Shown: in pieces, positions 47,380 to 60,814 of the stretch
Layout of the letters: each line of letters opens with the position of its first letter
How positions within the stretch are numbered: position 1 is the stretch's first letter
Assembly (NCBI RefSeq): GCF_016432865.1
Contig: NC_067399.1
Span: forward strand, 251,534,001 to 251,598,000
Reading direction: 5' to 3'
Length of the DNA stretch: 64,000 nt
From: Antechinus flavipes
Lineage: Eukaryota
Translations under genes and position numbers: made by a program
Notes under the pieces: model-generated
Told to the model about the DNA's origin: nothing
Database searches by the model: none
What the model saw: only the letters and a program-made list of their open reading frames with translations

Positions 47380-47625
47380 GATAGAGTGCTGGCACCCTGG
47401 AATTAGGAACAACCATGTTCCATTACAGCTTCAGACACTGACTACCTGTGTGATCTTGGGCAAGCTATTTTAACCTCTGCATGACTCAGTTTCTTCAACT
47501 GTAAACAGTTGTAACAATTATAAAACTGTAAAATATTAGTACCTACTTCCCAGGACTGTTGTGCGGATCAAATGAAATAATGTTTATAAAGCACTTAAGG
47601 TATAGTAGATGCTTAAAAAATGTTT
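47380..47625 (+). mobile_element. MIR
   Basis: CORE plus CCTACTTCCCAGGACTGTTGTGCGGATCAAATGA tail. Confidence 0.78.
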
Positions 47626-47769
47626 ATTGTCTTCCTTTCCCTTCTCAATAGACTCAGAGGGTAGTTTAAGGCTAAGAGCTGAAGAGCAGGTACCAACATT
47701 GGTGAAGGAAGATTTTTTCATCTTTGCCAATGAATAAAGTCCCATTGAAAATGGATAGGTCAATAGCAC

Positions 47770-48995
47770 ATTTAGTCTAAAGCAAGAGTTAGAGACAATA
47801 ATAAAAAATAAAATATATAATTCTGATTACATAAATTTGAAAGGCTTCTGCATAAACAAAATATACCTAGGAAATAGGAAAAAATCTTTATATCAAATTT
47901 TTCAGATATATAAGATATCCATATGTATATGTATAATATGTTTATGTCTTTAAAAGTTGCTATAAATATTTTTCATATTACTTGAAGAGAATATATATAA
48001 TGTATACACAAATATACATACATATATGTATACATACATACACACATATGGGCATATATATATATATATATAGGTTTATACATATGTGTATATATGACCA
48101 AAAGTCATTCCCCAATATCTAAGCAGTAAAAGCATATGAAAAATTCTTAAAAGAATTGTAAACTATTAACAAGCATATGAAGGAATGTTCTGAATCACTA
48201 ATAATTTGAAATGCAAGTCAAAACAACCAACAAATTGGCAAAAATGACAAAAGGTAGGAATACTCGGTGTTGAAGAGATTGTAGGAAAATAAAAACTTTG
48301 CTGGTGGGAGGCATGAATAAGTACAACCATTTTGGAAAGCAACTTGAAATTATGTTAATAAAGTAAGTAATATGGTCCTATATTCTTTGATCCAGAAATT
48401 CCATTATTAGGCTTATGCCCCACAGAAGTCATTGATAAGAAAAAAGTCCCTATATATATCAAAACATTTCAACCAGCATTTTTGTGGTAGCAAGAAACTG
48501 GAAATAAAGCAGGTGCCCATTGAAAGATGGATGACTAAACAAGTTGCGGTCCATGAAAGTAATGGAATAGTATTGTCCTGTAAGAAATGACAAATATTAT
48601 AAATACAAAGAAGCATGGGAACACATGAAATGACAAAGATAAGCCGAATCAAGATAATAAGTTATACAATGTTTATAATAATGTAAATTAAAAGAACAGC
48701 AACCACAAAATAATCAAAAACAAATGCTGAAAAATTACAAAAAACAAAAAGATAGATGAAGATATGTGAGAGGATACCTTTCTATTATTCTTATCTGCAA
48801 TGGTAGTTCACAATCACAACATATTGCATATATTTTCAGACTTTTTCAATGTATTTATCAGTTTTTCTGATTTTTTTCCTCTTTTAAAAAAAATTATTAT
48901 ATTGGATGGTTCTATGGGAAGTAGAAGGATTCTGGGAGAAATTTAGGTGATGCGAAAACAAAGGATAGCAATAAAATTTTATTTTAAGAAAGAAA
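47770..48995 (+). mobile_element. Old L1 (ORF2 C-terminus and 3'UTR) with internal (TA/CA) microsatellite
   Basis: GATTACATAAATTTGAAAGGCTTCTGCATAAAC, CAACCATTTTGGAAAGC, TTTGATCCAGAAATTCCATTATTAGG. Confidence 0.85.
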
Positions 48996-49059
48996 AATTG
49001 CTATGTGACTTTTACATTAATTTCATTGTAATCTGGTTGCAAATTCTGTGTTGTCCAAT

Positions 49060-49540
49060 CAGAAAGAAAAAAAAGAATTATTCTTAGCTGAACTCCAATC
49101 AGCTTAACCTTAATATATTTAATATACTATCTCCTTCCAAGCTTCCCCATTACTATCAAGGACACCACATTCTCCTAGTCACCAACCTTACAACTAAGGT
49201 GTCAAACTGAATTCTTCACTCTCTCATATCTTCATATCTAATCTGTTGCCAAGTGCTGTCATTTTGACCCTTATAACATCTCTAGTATATGCCCTTTTAC
49301 CTCCTCTGATACTATCACTACAGGGGGGGGTCAGCCCTCATATCTCACACTTTGATTATTGAAAGAACCCATTAGTTAGTCTCCATGCCACAAGTCTCCC
49401 CCCACCCCAAATCCATCCTCCACTCAGTTATTAAAGTTATCTTCCAATAGTGCAGTTCTAACCATGTCACCTTTCTATTCAATAAACTCCAGGGGTTCCC
49501 TAACAACTCCAGAACCATATTTAATATTCTCCCTTTCAAA
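49060..49540 (+). mobile_element. L2 fragment
   Basis: CTAATCTGTTGCCAAG...CCACTCAGTTATTAAAGT..AACCATGTCACC. Confidence 0.75.
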
Positions 49541-49724
49541 ACTTCCCCAACATTTTTCAAGGTTTCTTACATATTATCCCCAACATCATGTCTTTATTAA
49601 TATCTTTTGTTTTTGCATCATCTTGATGTTCCAAACTAGGGGAAGATTCTCTCTTAGGGAAAACTGGGCTTAATCTTGAAGTACCAAAGGTACTGAGGCA
49701 CCCATGCAGGGAACATATGGGGGA

Positions 49725-49880
49725 GCTATATGACACCATGAATGGAATGCTGGCCCTGGATTCAGGAAGAGCTGAATTCAAAATTGGCTTCAGATATTTA
49801 CTAGCTATGTGACTCTGGACAAGTCATTTAACCCTGTTTACCTCCAATCTGGAGAAGGAAAGGGCAAACATTTTTAGTTT
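49725..49880 (+). mobile_element. MAR1-type CORE-SINE, partial
   Basis: Head, CORE and start of RTE tail (GGAGAAGGAAAGGGCAAAC). Confidence 0.7.
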
Positions 49881-50599
49881 ACTAAGCATAGTACTTCTCC
49901 TTTTATTCTCCAACTTCAGATAATTGCCTGGTAGAGTACTGTTGCAAAGGGGTCCAATTACATCCTGGATAGCATAGTAATCAGCATGTCTGATGCAGAG
50001 AAACCTGATAACCAATTAACTACAAATCATTAGAACATGTTAAATGATGTATTGAGAGAGGGGATGTTGTCAGGGCAGTAGATTTCTGACCATGAATAGT
50101 GAGGAAGTCCACAGGTTTGGGGAATAAAATGAAGTGTCCATTTCAGACATTCCTGGGCTTTTCTAGGATAGGAAGGAAGAGTTACCATCTTCTAAATATG
50201 TGGTCTTCAAATTACATACCTTGCAACATAGGCTAAAAAGACTGAAAAGCCTTCTGTTAAATATGAGCAAAGGTTAAATGATTTGCCTAAGTTAACATAG
50301 CTAGCAAGTGGCAGAGCCAGTACTTAAAGACAAGACTTATTTCCAATCACCCAAATAACCTCCCAGTGTCCCTGAACTTTGTTTTCACCATCCTTTCATT
50401 AAAAATTCACTTTTCTCTTGTGTTCCCAATGCCGGCTTCTTCTTGTGTTGAGTTGGTCTGTTACTTCCCAGAAGGAAGCAAGAAGACACTCACAAAATAG
50501 AATTTGCTCTAAAATGAAAATTAATCCCATTTTTGACTCTTCATTGGACTATTAATACTTGTTATCTCATCCTGTAGTCCATTATGTGTGATATTCTAT

Positions 50600-50990
50600 G
50601 TGCTACCTACTTGCCTCTCCACAAATTGCCCTTCCTACCTTAATTGAAATGCTCTTTCTGTCCTTACATTCATACTTAGAATCCCTAGCTTCCTTTAATG
50701 CTCATTTCAATTTCTACTTTCTTCAAGAAATTTTTTCCTAATCTCTCTAGTTCTTATTATTAGTTACTAGTGTTCTCTCCTTCACCCCCAATTTACTTTG
50801 TATAATTGTATGTATATTTCATTTTTATTTATTTTTACGCTTATTGTTTTGCATCCATTCACCCCTAGCAGAATGTCAGCTCCTTGATTGTTAATTTTTC
50901 TTGTTATTGTCTTTGCATCACCACATTTAGTAGCACTCCAACACATCATATGGATTTTATCAAATGATTATTGAACTAAATTACAACTGA
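50600..50990 (+). mobile_element. L2 3' end
   Basis: TTGAAATGCTCT...AGAATGTCAGCTCCTTGA. Confidence 0.65.
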
Positions 50991-52294
50991 AGGGTGACTG
51001 GATATCTTTTCCTTCCTTATGAAAAATCAGGGAGTGAAAACCATGAGCTCTAGACCTAATTCATATCATAAGATATCTGGTGAGATCTCCTATGGACCAG
51101 ATCATGAGCTAAGTAGAATAAAAATGAATAAGACCTAAGCATTTCGGATAATGATAACAACTTGTGAATCTATAGAACTTTGAATTTTATAAAGCATTTT
51201 CCTTCCAATATCACTAGGTTAAACAAGAATTATTGTCCTTTTCCAGATGAGGAAACAGACTCAGAAAGTTTAAATGACTTGTCTGAGGTCACATAACTAG
51301 TAAGGAGCAGAGCTAGACTCCTAAATCACAGATCTCAAGTTGAAAGGGACCTCAGAGATCATCTGGTCCTTTTTATTTCACAAATAAAAAGAGCCCAGAA
51401 AAGTTCATTGGCTTATATAGGCTTACACAGCTATAGTAGTAAGTTTAAGCTACTAAAACTAGTCTTCCTTTGGGTATAAGTAAATGAGTCTGCAGGATGG
51501 GCAGCTCCCATATAAATGAGAATGTTTCCACATATGTGCCAGAATATGTTGACTCTTAGGAATACTGAAATATTTGGCAGAAAAAATGTTAAGATTCCTA
51601 ACTCCTACATTTTGGATTGAATGTCTTTGATTGTTTCTTTCCATGCTTTATTTATTCCCTAATCAAAGAAGAGAAACTCACAGTGCCTGCCCACTGATTG
51701 CCTTCTAATAACCAGCTTTTCCATTTGGTCAATAAACAAGTCTGCCACTGCTGCCATTAAAGGCAGCTGTATATCTTCCAAGGAAGTCCTTCCCAATACA
51801 GATTTGCAGTTTAAAAAAAGACTGCGTGTGAGGAAGAGAAAAGTTACACTGGGAGGAAGGGAAATAAACAGAAACTTGACCAGTACTTTGGGAACTTACA
51901 GATTCATGGGGAAATAGAGACTAAGAGAGGGAAAGGGGCTTTACACTAGCAAAATTATTCATTGTGGTTGAGTTTTTGTGCATTTTTTACTTAAAGCCCA
52001 CTTTTACTTAAAGGTCCTGGCTGAGCTTTATCTCATAGCCTACTGGAAGCCACACCTTTGTCAGAACAGTCTTACCCAGAAGCGAAGAAAAAAAGCCACT
52101 TGCCAAGATTTGTGTGAAAGGAACTAAAATTCCCAACTACTTAAAACATATTTCTGACTAGTTTGCTATAATGCTGAAGATATATAGTAGGTATTTAATA
52201 AATACTTAATAAATAAATAATAGATACTAAATAAATACTTAGTACATCAATACTAGTTGGGGGATACAATATGGCATAGTAGAAAGAGAGGTAT

Positions 52295-52525
52295 CCAGAT
52301 AGCACAGTAAATAGAACACTCCTGGTATCAAGAGTCATATTCCTAAATTCAAATCTGGCCTCCAATACTCAGTTGTTGTATGACTCTAGGCAAGTACTTA
52401 ACCTTATTTGCCTCAGTTCTTCATTTATAAAATAATCTGGATAAGAAAATGCAACCCACTTCGGTATCTTTGTCAAGAATACCCCAAATGGGGTCACAAA
52501 GAGTTGGACACAGCTGAAACAAGTC
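52295..52525 (+). mobile_element. MAR1-type CORE-SINE
   Basis: CORE and tail GGTATCTTTGTCAAGAATACCCCAAATGGGGTCACAAAGAGTTGGACAC. Confidence 0.8.
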
Positions 52526-54629
52526 TTCTTTACCAAATAAGGGTCATGTATGGTCTAAGCTCTTCCCCCATGGTGGATGTTTCATAACCACTACTAAAAG
52601 GAGGAAATCTTACTTTGTACAAAGTAAGAAAAAATTGGAAGGAAAATGAAAAAGATGTTTTCAAAGTTAAATGCTGGTCTTCTTTCAGAGGATCTGATTT
52701 ATCTGTGGAAATTTTCCTTGAGGGGAGGGAGTTTGCCATGAGTGATCCATAGACCAAAGTCAGCTAAAACTGGAAGAGAGCTGACATGGCCTACATCTGG
52801 TACACACAGCATGGGTGTGGGTGTGTCACATAGATAAAACAACTCTTTCCCCAGAGGCTACCTGGAATGCTGAGAGTTCACATTCAAGTCTGCATGACAA
52901 GGTCACAAGCCTAACAATTGGTGTTGACACGAACCCAAACCTGATTTTTCTGTGTCTCCAGCTGGTAGAAAAGAAGTAAGACCAGTGCTGTGAGCAATCC
53001 CTGTAGTCCTCCATCACTTCAATGGAGAAAGCTGTGAATCATGACCTCCAGATCCAGTGGCTGTGGATAAGGTCAGACAGCAAAGAAAGTAGAAAGAGGA
53101 AAATGGAAAGAGTGTAGGAGAACTGGGAATTAGAGGTGGGCCTTGTTAGCCTTTCCATAGATGAAAACAAAAGAACATCTTACTTTTCTTGGGGTCTTGA
53201 TGTTCTGTGCCTCTGAAAATTCCCTCCCACCTCCACCTCCCCCACCCCCATCCATGGCCCACATTGGAAAGACCAAACTACAATTCACATCACGGCTTTC
53301 TGTACTGGTTTAACCTTTTAACTATTTCTTTATGTCTCCCTATTTCTGACCAAGCTGAAATAAATGCATTTTTAACAATAAGCAGGTAGTGTTCACTCTT
53401 TGTCTGGAAAGATAGTATCTTTTTTTTTTTACTAGCTAATGTCAGCATCAGTTATTGGATATTGTTAACATTCTCTAGATAGTGCAGAATGAAGTATGTT
53501 ATAAATTAAGGAAACCTGGCTTCTTTCTCTGTCTCTCCCATTAAGTTATTTTACGATCTTAGGTAATTTATACAACTTCTCTGTGCCTCAGTTTCCACAT
53601 GATGCTCAAATAGCATATTGAATGATATTCATCTTCCCAGTTCTTATTAACTTGTATTGAAGATCAAACAAAGAATGTAAAAATTCTTGGGTAATTATGG
53701 ATGAATCAAAAAAGCAATTATTAAGTACTTCTAATGGGCCAGGCAAATGGGGTTTGTGAGGAGGATATGCTCAGTGGAATGGCAAGGAGAGAGCTGAGAA
53801 ATGGAGTAATGGGTCTAGTTCCAGGCAAAATAAGGTAAATGTTCCTATGAATCTAGAAATTTATTAATATAGCCTTGATTTTACTTTGGCTTTTGCATAC
53901 TTGCTTGGCTAATTGTCTCTTATGTAGTTTTTAACTTTGACCATCATTCTTATTCTCTATATCTCTGTTCAGGCAATGCTCTTCACCACATACTCATCAT
54001 CCCCAACCTTTCCAGAAATCTTGATTGCCACACTTCCTATCTCTCCAGTTAATTAATCTCATTGCAAGAATAATTCATTAGGTGAGCTATGGGGGGGGAA
54101 GGGGGGTTCCTGCTCCTCTACTAGTCACCTGACACCTGCCTCTAGAGAGTTCTCTTAAGAGGATAATTAGTATAACATGATGAGGAGCTAGTGTGGGGTA
54201 GCATCCCAGAAAGCTGATAATGGGATCCCAGGAGTCAGTGCTCCCAAAATCAGCAGGATCTAGCATGTGATGTGGCAAAATGCCAGATTAGCCAGGTAAG
54301 GGTCACAACCAAGGAAAACATTGAGAGATATCTCAGAAATAGTGTAATATGGTAGAAGGGACATGATGATATTACCTTGATCAGGGAGACAGGACAGTTG
54401 AACTGGGAAAGCAGGAAGGCAGAAGTCCCTAATATCCTTAATGAAGGCATTAGCCTGTCCTTCAAATGAGATGCTGGCTATCTTTGGGCAACATAAAAAG
54501 CATCTTCAGGGAAAACTAAGGCCTGACTAGAATAAACCAGCACTTATAATGCAAGTGTGGTATTGTGTGTGTTGCCAAGTATGGAAAAACTGGAGAACCC
54601 GGTAAAACATTGTTGTGCATGACTTTTAT

Positions 54630-54770
54630 GGAAATATTATGCATAATTTCACATGCAGTTTCTTAAATGGGCTGGGATAAGCGAGAGAATCTAGAACTCA
54701 AATTTTTTTTAAATGTAAAGTAGTTGTTTTAAGTGTAACTATGGGAAATATTAAATAAATAAATAAGAAA
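54630..54770 (+). mobile_element. Old L1 3' end
   Basis: GAGAATCTAGAACTCAAA..AATAAATAAATAAG. Confidence 0.6.
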
Positions 54771-56419
54771 ATAGACACTGGGGAGCCATTATACCTGGGT
54801 GATTTCCTGTATCTATCTGTTTTGCGTTTCCCTATGCCATATGAATTCCGAGCAAAGTCTTATGCACTGGGGATTAAGGTGCTCCCAAAGTCTCGGACAC
54901 AGAAACCATCCTTAGACAATGATTGCATGTTACAAAGTCATTGATAGCTGCATCTGTGATAATACCTTTTGAGCCCCAAGTTATTTTTTTCATATGTGCC
55001 TATATAGAGAAGGATAATTGATAAAGTAGGTCAGTAGAAGAAAAAGGAGAGTCATTTATTCTTCTACACATTTAGTTTTCTATCAGTACAATTATGGAGA
55101 ACTGATTATGGCTATTTAATTTGAGGTTCTCTACTCTAGCACTTTTGAAAGTTCATTCCACATAATCAATTCCCAGAGCTCATTAACTGATCAAATCAAA
55201 TAAGGACGTTGGGGTTCTACTTTGTAGGAGCAAGCAGTAGAAATCATCCAAGCATAAAATGTATTTCTTCCTCAACCTCAAGTGAACAATGCCTAATTTG
55301 GTATCCAGATACAAAAGAAGAAGCTTAGTGATTATAAGCAACTTGGGAAATGTAGTGTGGTAAATAGAGCTTGTTATAGTCTGACTTTCCCTATTATTTC
55401 TTATTTAACCTCTTTTTCCTCATATGGACTGATGAATCATTGCATAGAAGAGAAATCAAGAAAACATCTCTGTAACTGGTTTGCTCATTGTTCCCTCAGC
55501 CCATCATGCATGTTTTCATACCTATATTTTTACCAGAATGACTTCTTCACTTTTACTTCTATCTACTCTTCCAAATCCTCCCAATTATTCAAGGCCTATA
55601 TAAAGCCCATCCACTTTCATGTAACTTTCTCTGACCCTTCACCCCATATGAATCAACCTATCTCTTGAACTTCTATCCACTTTGGAATGGAATAGACTAG
55701 AATAGCTGCACCTTGTGCAACATTTTTAAAGTTTCCAACGTGCTTTATGTATGTAATCTCATTACATCATCAAAATAATCTTGAAAGGTTATTGTTATAA
55801 ACTGGGACTGAAAGTTTAGGAGTACCACAAAAGAGACTTACTTCACATGATAGATATGGTACTAGAAAACTTGAAACTGCTTCCAATACCTCCTACTTGC
55901 ACAGTCCAGGGCAGGTCCTTTAATCAATCTCATTTTCAGATTCCTCATCTGCCAAAAAAAAAAAAAAAAAACTACTACTTACTTAGTAGTGGGAGGCCAC
56001 CAAACTCCCTAAAGAAGGGATGAACCATTCCAGGTCAAAAATGAAATAGACCCAGTCTTATCAGTGGTGGGATTAGGCCCATGAGTGACTTCTGTACTTC
56101 TAACCTGCAAAATAGGGAGATCATATCTCTCCCCAAAAAAAGAAAATGGTGTACTATGGAACTACAGAAAAAACAAGCATACTAATGTGTTTTTGGTGGA
56201 GCTATGAATCTCAAATTTTCAGAAATTATGCAAGAAGAATCAATTTAAATTCATTTAAGTTGACCCAGAGATATCATTACTGACAATATACTCCAAGGAG
56301 GTCAAAGAAAGAAAGAAAGATCACATATGCGTGTGTATATATGTATAAATGCATATATAAACATATATTCATGCACATTCTTATACATACATTTATATAT
56401 TATAAGATATTCATAGGTA

Positions 56420-56680
56420 AAAATAATGATAACTAGCATTTATATAGCACTTTAAGCTTTGCAAAGTAATTTACAAATATTATTTCATATGATCCTCACA
56501 ACAAGCTTCAGACATTGATTTTATTATTATCCTCATTTAACAGAAGGGGAAAACTAGACTGAGAAAAGTTAACTAACTAACTCACCCAGTATCTCATAAC
56601 TAGGGAATGTCCAAGGATCGATGTGAACTCAGATCTTCTTGACTTCAGGTTAAGTTCTCTATCCACTGTAGTGACTTCCT
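56420..56680 (-). mobile_element. MIR
   Basis: ATAATGATAACTAGCATTTATATAGCACTTTAAG..GATCCTCACAAC. Confidence 0.8.
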
Positions 56681-56729
56681 TTTTAAGCTGCATTACAGAA
56701 CTTTTTGTAACCTAAATTAATAAAAAGAC

Positions 56730-56734
<5 letters not shown>

Positions 56735-56786
<52 letters not shown>
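56735..56786. repeat. (GA)26 microsatellite
   Basis: Perfect dinucleotide run. Confidence 0.97.
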
Positions 56787-56788
<2 letters not shown>

Positions 56789-56789
56789 T

Positions 56790-56950
56790 AGAAATAATAT
56801 CTGTGGCCATCATTTGGGGAATAGTTGAACAAATTGTGGTATATGAATATAAATATTATTGCACCTTAAGAAAAAAAATCAAATATGAGCAATTTCAAGA
56901 AAAATTAGGAGACTTGTTTGAATTGATTCAAAGTACTGTAAGCAAAACCA
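56790..56950 (+). mobile_element. Old L1 ORF2 C-terminal fragment
   Basis: TTTGGGGAATAGTTGAACAAATTGTGGTATATGAAT (GEWLNKLWYMN-like). Confidence 0.7.
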
Positions 56951-57006
56951 GATATCACTAAATATCTGATTTCACTAATCACTAGTTATCACTAGATATC
57001 ACAAAA

Positions 57007-57138
57007 NNNNNNNNNNNNNNNNNNNNNNNNNNNNNNNNNNNNNNNNNNNNNNNNNNNNNNNNNNNNNNNNNNNNNNNNNNNNNNNNNNNNNNNNNNNNNN
57101 NNNNNNNNNNNNNNNNNNNNNNNNNNNNNNNNNNNNNN
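57007..57138. other. Assembly gap, 132 N
   Basis: Run of N. Confidence 1.
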
Positions 57139-57350
57139 AGGAAAAGAGGAAGGGAGAGAAGGAAGAGAGAGAGGGAGGGAGGAAGAAAGGAGGAAACAAG
57201 GGAAGGAAGGGAGGGAAAAGGGAAGGAATGAAGGAGGAAGGAAAGGAGGGAGGGATGAAGAGAGGAAAGGAAGGAAGAGAGGGAGGGAAGGAAGAGAGAG
57301 AGAGGGAGAGACGAGAGAAGGGAGGGAGGAAGGCGGGAAGGAAGGACTTT
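57139..57350. repeat. (GGAA/GGGA)n purine-rich low-complexity tract
   Basis: Directly visible, abuts the gap. Confidence 0.92.
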
Positions 57351-58885
57351 AACAGATAGAGATTGTGGTTAAGTTCATTCCAGGCATACTACATATTATG
57401 AAGGTAAGTTTTAAAGAGAGAAAATGATGAATCCTCTAGTTTGTCCTGAGCATAAAGCATATGAAAAGAGTATAAATCAGGTCTCTCTCCAGAAATGCTA
57501 AGATTCTTGAGGGCAGAAACTGTGGTTCTGCTGCTACTGTTTTTCTCTCTTCAGTACCTAACATAGGACTCAGACATTTATTGGTGTTGATGATACTGTA
57601 TCAAGTTCATAGGGGTTAGAGAGTTTAAATGGTTGGGAAGCACCCTGTTCCCCTAATTCCTTTGAGATCAAATATTATTCACTGAGAGATATTTCCAAAG
57701 CAGAGGAGAGTCCTATTCTTTGACAGAACCAACTTGGAATTACTCTTTTGCCAAATCCTAAATTTCTCTTTGAAAAATGATTTGGGAAAATAAAGGATAA
57801 GGAAAAGTATACTGGTATACAGGTGCTTTTATTTAGAAGACACCTTAATTCTTTAGTGCTACAGAAAAATCCAGCCCTTTAGTCCATTATGAGCTCAAGG
57901 TTCAAGGTTGACCAGACTCATTTTTCAACCATTAATCTGGAAAAGGTATGTGGAAAAACCTAGATCTTTTGAGCTGAGATGGAAATTTAGTCTTAATGTA
58001 CTCCAAGTGAGGGTTAGAAGGAGAGGAAAAGTAAGAATTCTTCAATGCCTAATAAAATACATTCATTTCATCAAGGTTTATTTGCTTTTTAAAAATCACA
58101 CCTGTGCCTGAATGCTAACTGCTCCTTCAGGATGAAGTTTTCAAACAGAAATTGTACTTGGCTCTTTGCACCTGCAAGAAAAAGGGGACAGGTTGATATT
58201 TGGAAGCTGGTAGGGGATTGTGGGGTTTAGATTTTTTTTTTGTTTTAGGGTTCTATTTTCTTTTACATTTCTGACCTGAACTGAATTTGGACAGGCTTAA
58301 AAACCAAAAAGGACATTTCTTTCAGAGAATTCCCAAGACAATAACTATAGATTTTCTACCTAGCTTTGCTGATTTCCTCAAAAAAAAAAAAAATCAGCTA
58401 AGTTGTTGAGGCTTTTTCAAAGAGAATACAAAATCTGAGTTCTACAGTGTTCACCACTCAGTTTCCAGACTTCTTTTGGTATTCTAGCTTTGGTCTATGA
58501 TATATTAAGAATACACTTCTTACCCAGCATACCATACCATGCTTCCCCTATCTTGACCTTACTTACTACAGTTAATCAAATAAGATAATATTTGTAAAGA
58601 GCTTAGCACAGTGGCTAGCACATAGTAGGTACTATATAAATGCATATTCCCTTCTCTTCCCCTCCCCAAATGAATGAGATTGTCCTTCAGAAAGGAAACG
58701 TAATCAGGGAGAGGCTTATTAAGAATCTCTACACTTTTAGGTCAAACCACATGAACAAGAAATGTCTTTCCTGAGCCCCATTCCATGGAATATTTTTCTT
58801 TGTGAAAGCTCAACACTAACAAACAAAATGAACTGGACTGATTGGATTTCCCCTTCCCTCTCCCCCCCCCCCCTTTTCTTTCTAG

Positions 58886-59047
<162 letters not shown>

Positions 59048-60814
59048 TGATGCATGGATGAGCTCTGTGTTTGTTATTCATGGACGTTGGATATGGCTTG
59101 TCTCTGTTTCCCTGTTTGGCAGATAGAAGGGACTTGATAGATAACAGTATAACAAAGACTTGGAGCAAGAAAGGAGAATGATTCATGAAGCAGCAAAACT
59201 CTAGGGCCACCAGTACCTCTGCAGCGTGGAGGGGAGTAAGAGACGGGGCTGAGGAGACGGGGATCTGATTGGGGCAAGGCAGATCGGACGCTTTGCTGGG
59301 ATTGGTAGCTAACCTAGTGGCGTTTGTCACACATGAAGGATGGCTGGAGACCGGAGTTGTTCCTGGGATAGAGTGCCTTGGATACTATTTCAGAAGCACA
59401 AATAGTTTGAGCGGTGATGTTTGGTTTGCCGGAGCAATGAGGATCTCACACAATGTTTATCAACTGTGCGTGATAGTTCTGCGCTTGTGTGGGTCTGGGA
59501 GTGCGTAGGATAGATACGGGGGAACTCTGGCCAATGGAATTTTAGCCACATATTCATAGAAAGGTAATTACCTCTCCAGGATATGTCCTCTGGCTGGCTA
59601 GCTGGCCAAGAAAAACTGCAGGAGACTGATGCCTGCTCTCTGGTTTCTTTAACCTTCAGAATCTGCCACCCCTTGATCAGGCAGACCATATTTTCACTTG
59701 TTTCTCTGCCTCCTACCCTGATCTATTGCCTGGGACCTGGGGGAGTCAGATTAACCAAAAAACAAACTTCTTATAGAAAATGATAATCAGACATCTGTAT
59801 AATCCACTATTGATATAAATATTATAATATATTTAGTATTTAGTGATATAAATATTATATATTATATTATATTTCCAGAATAATATATATTCTGGAAAAT
59901 AGGAAAGGTAGGGATAGAGGAGAAAGAAAATATAGAATGATCTTGAATATACAGCAAACTTTTTAAAGTGTCTACCCTCATGGCCATGGTAATGGACAGT
60001 TAGCTACATCAAGGAGCAAAAGGGAAATAGTCAATAGATTTATTAAGTGCCTACTATGTGCCTGGCACTGTGTTAATTATTTCTGTGTGGGCTACAAGAC
60101 ACCTGAATATCTACATCCTATTTGCTAGCTATGTGACCATAAGAAAAATCATGCAAGCTTACTCAGTTTCAATTTACCTTCTGTAAAAGTAGGAATCTTA
60201 CCTAAAGGCTCTCAAAAAGCTAACATTCCATGATCCTCTTGGTATATCTATGGAGAGTAAGTTCAAAGTTTTGGATTAAAGGGAACAAAGCTCTTTTGGA
60301 TGAGACAGAGACCTAGAATCAACCACTCAACTCACAAGCAATTAAGTTCCTACTATATGCTAGACACTAGAGATACAAAAACAAAAATGAAACAACCCTT
60401 TCCTGTAAGGAGTTTACATTCTACAAGGAGTCCTTGTCCAACACCACCATTTTATAGTTGGGGAAATTGTCAAATGGCAGATAATGTCAGGAGAATCAAA
60501 AGAAGGAGGAGAAGGGGGAGAAACAAGAGGAAGAGAAGAAGAAAAGAGGAGGAAAACAATGGTTTGAATCCAATGTCTGTCCATTATGACTTGTGTGACC
60601 TTTGGTTAAGAGAAAAGAGCCCAGGTTTTGGAATGAGAAGACCTGGCTTCGAACAAAACTCCTGTCAATTATTACTACTGTGACCTTGGAAAAACTGCAT
60701 CATCTCTCTAGATTTCATTCTCTTTAACTATCAAATGAGGTATTTGGCTTAGATGGCTTCCTTCTAGCTCAAAATCTATAATTTAACTTCTTTGAGACTC
60801 AGTCTCCTGAGTCA

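Larger units (their letters stand above)
1..58885 (+). other. CDH4: CDH4 intron upstream of the exon (intron 7 equivalent, at least 58.9 kb)
   Basis: No sequence encoding the preceding exon (ending ...AAGLDRE) was found on either strand; the region is repeats plus unique non-coding DNA. Caveat: N-gap at 57007-57138. Confidence 0.75.

Noticed and set aside
59308-59322. Second CTCF-like motif (CCACTAGGTTAG on minus)
   Set aside because: Lacks the essential GGC of the core.
59872-59898. 11-bp hairpin with TTCCAGAA/TTCTGGAA arms (HSE/STAT-like)
   Set aside because: Sits in an AT microsatellite; the pentamer register is wrong for an HSE and the spacing is wrong for a GAS site.
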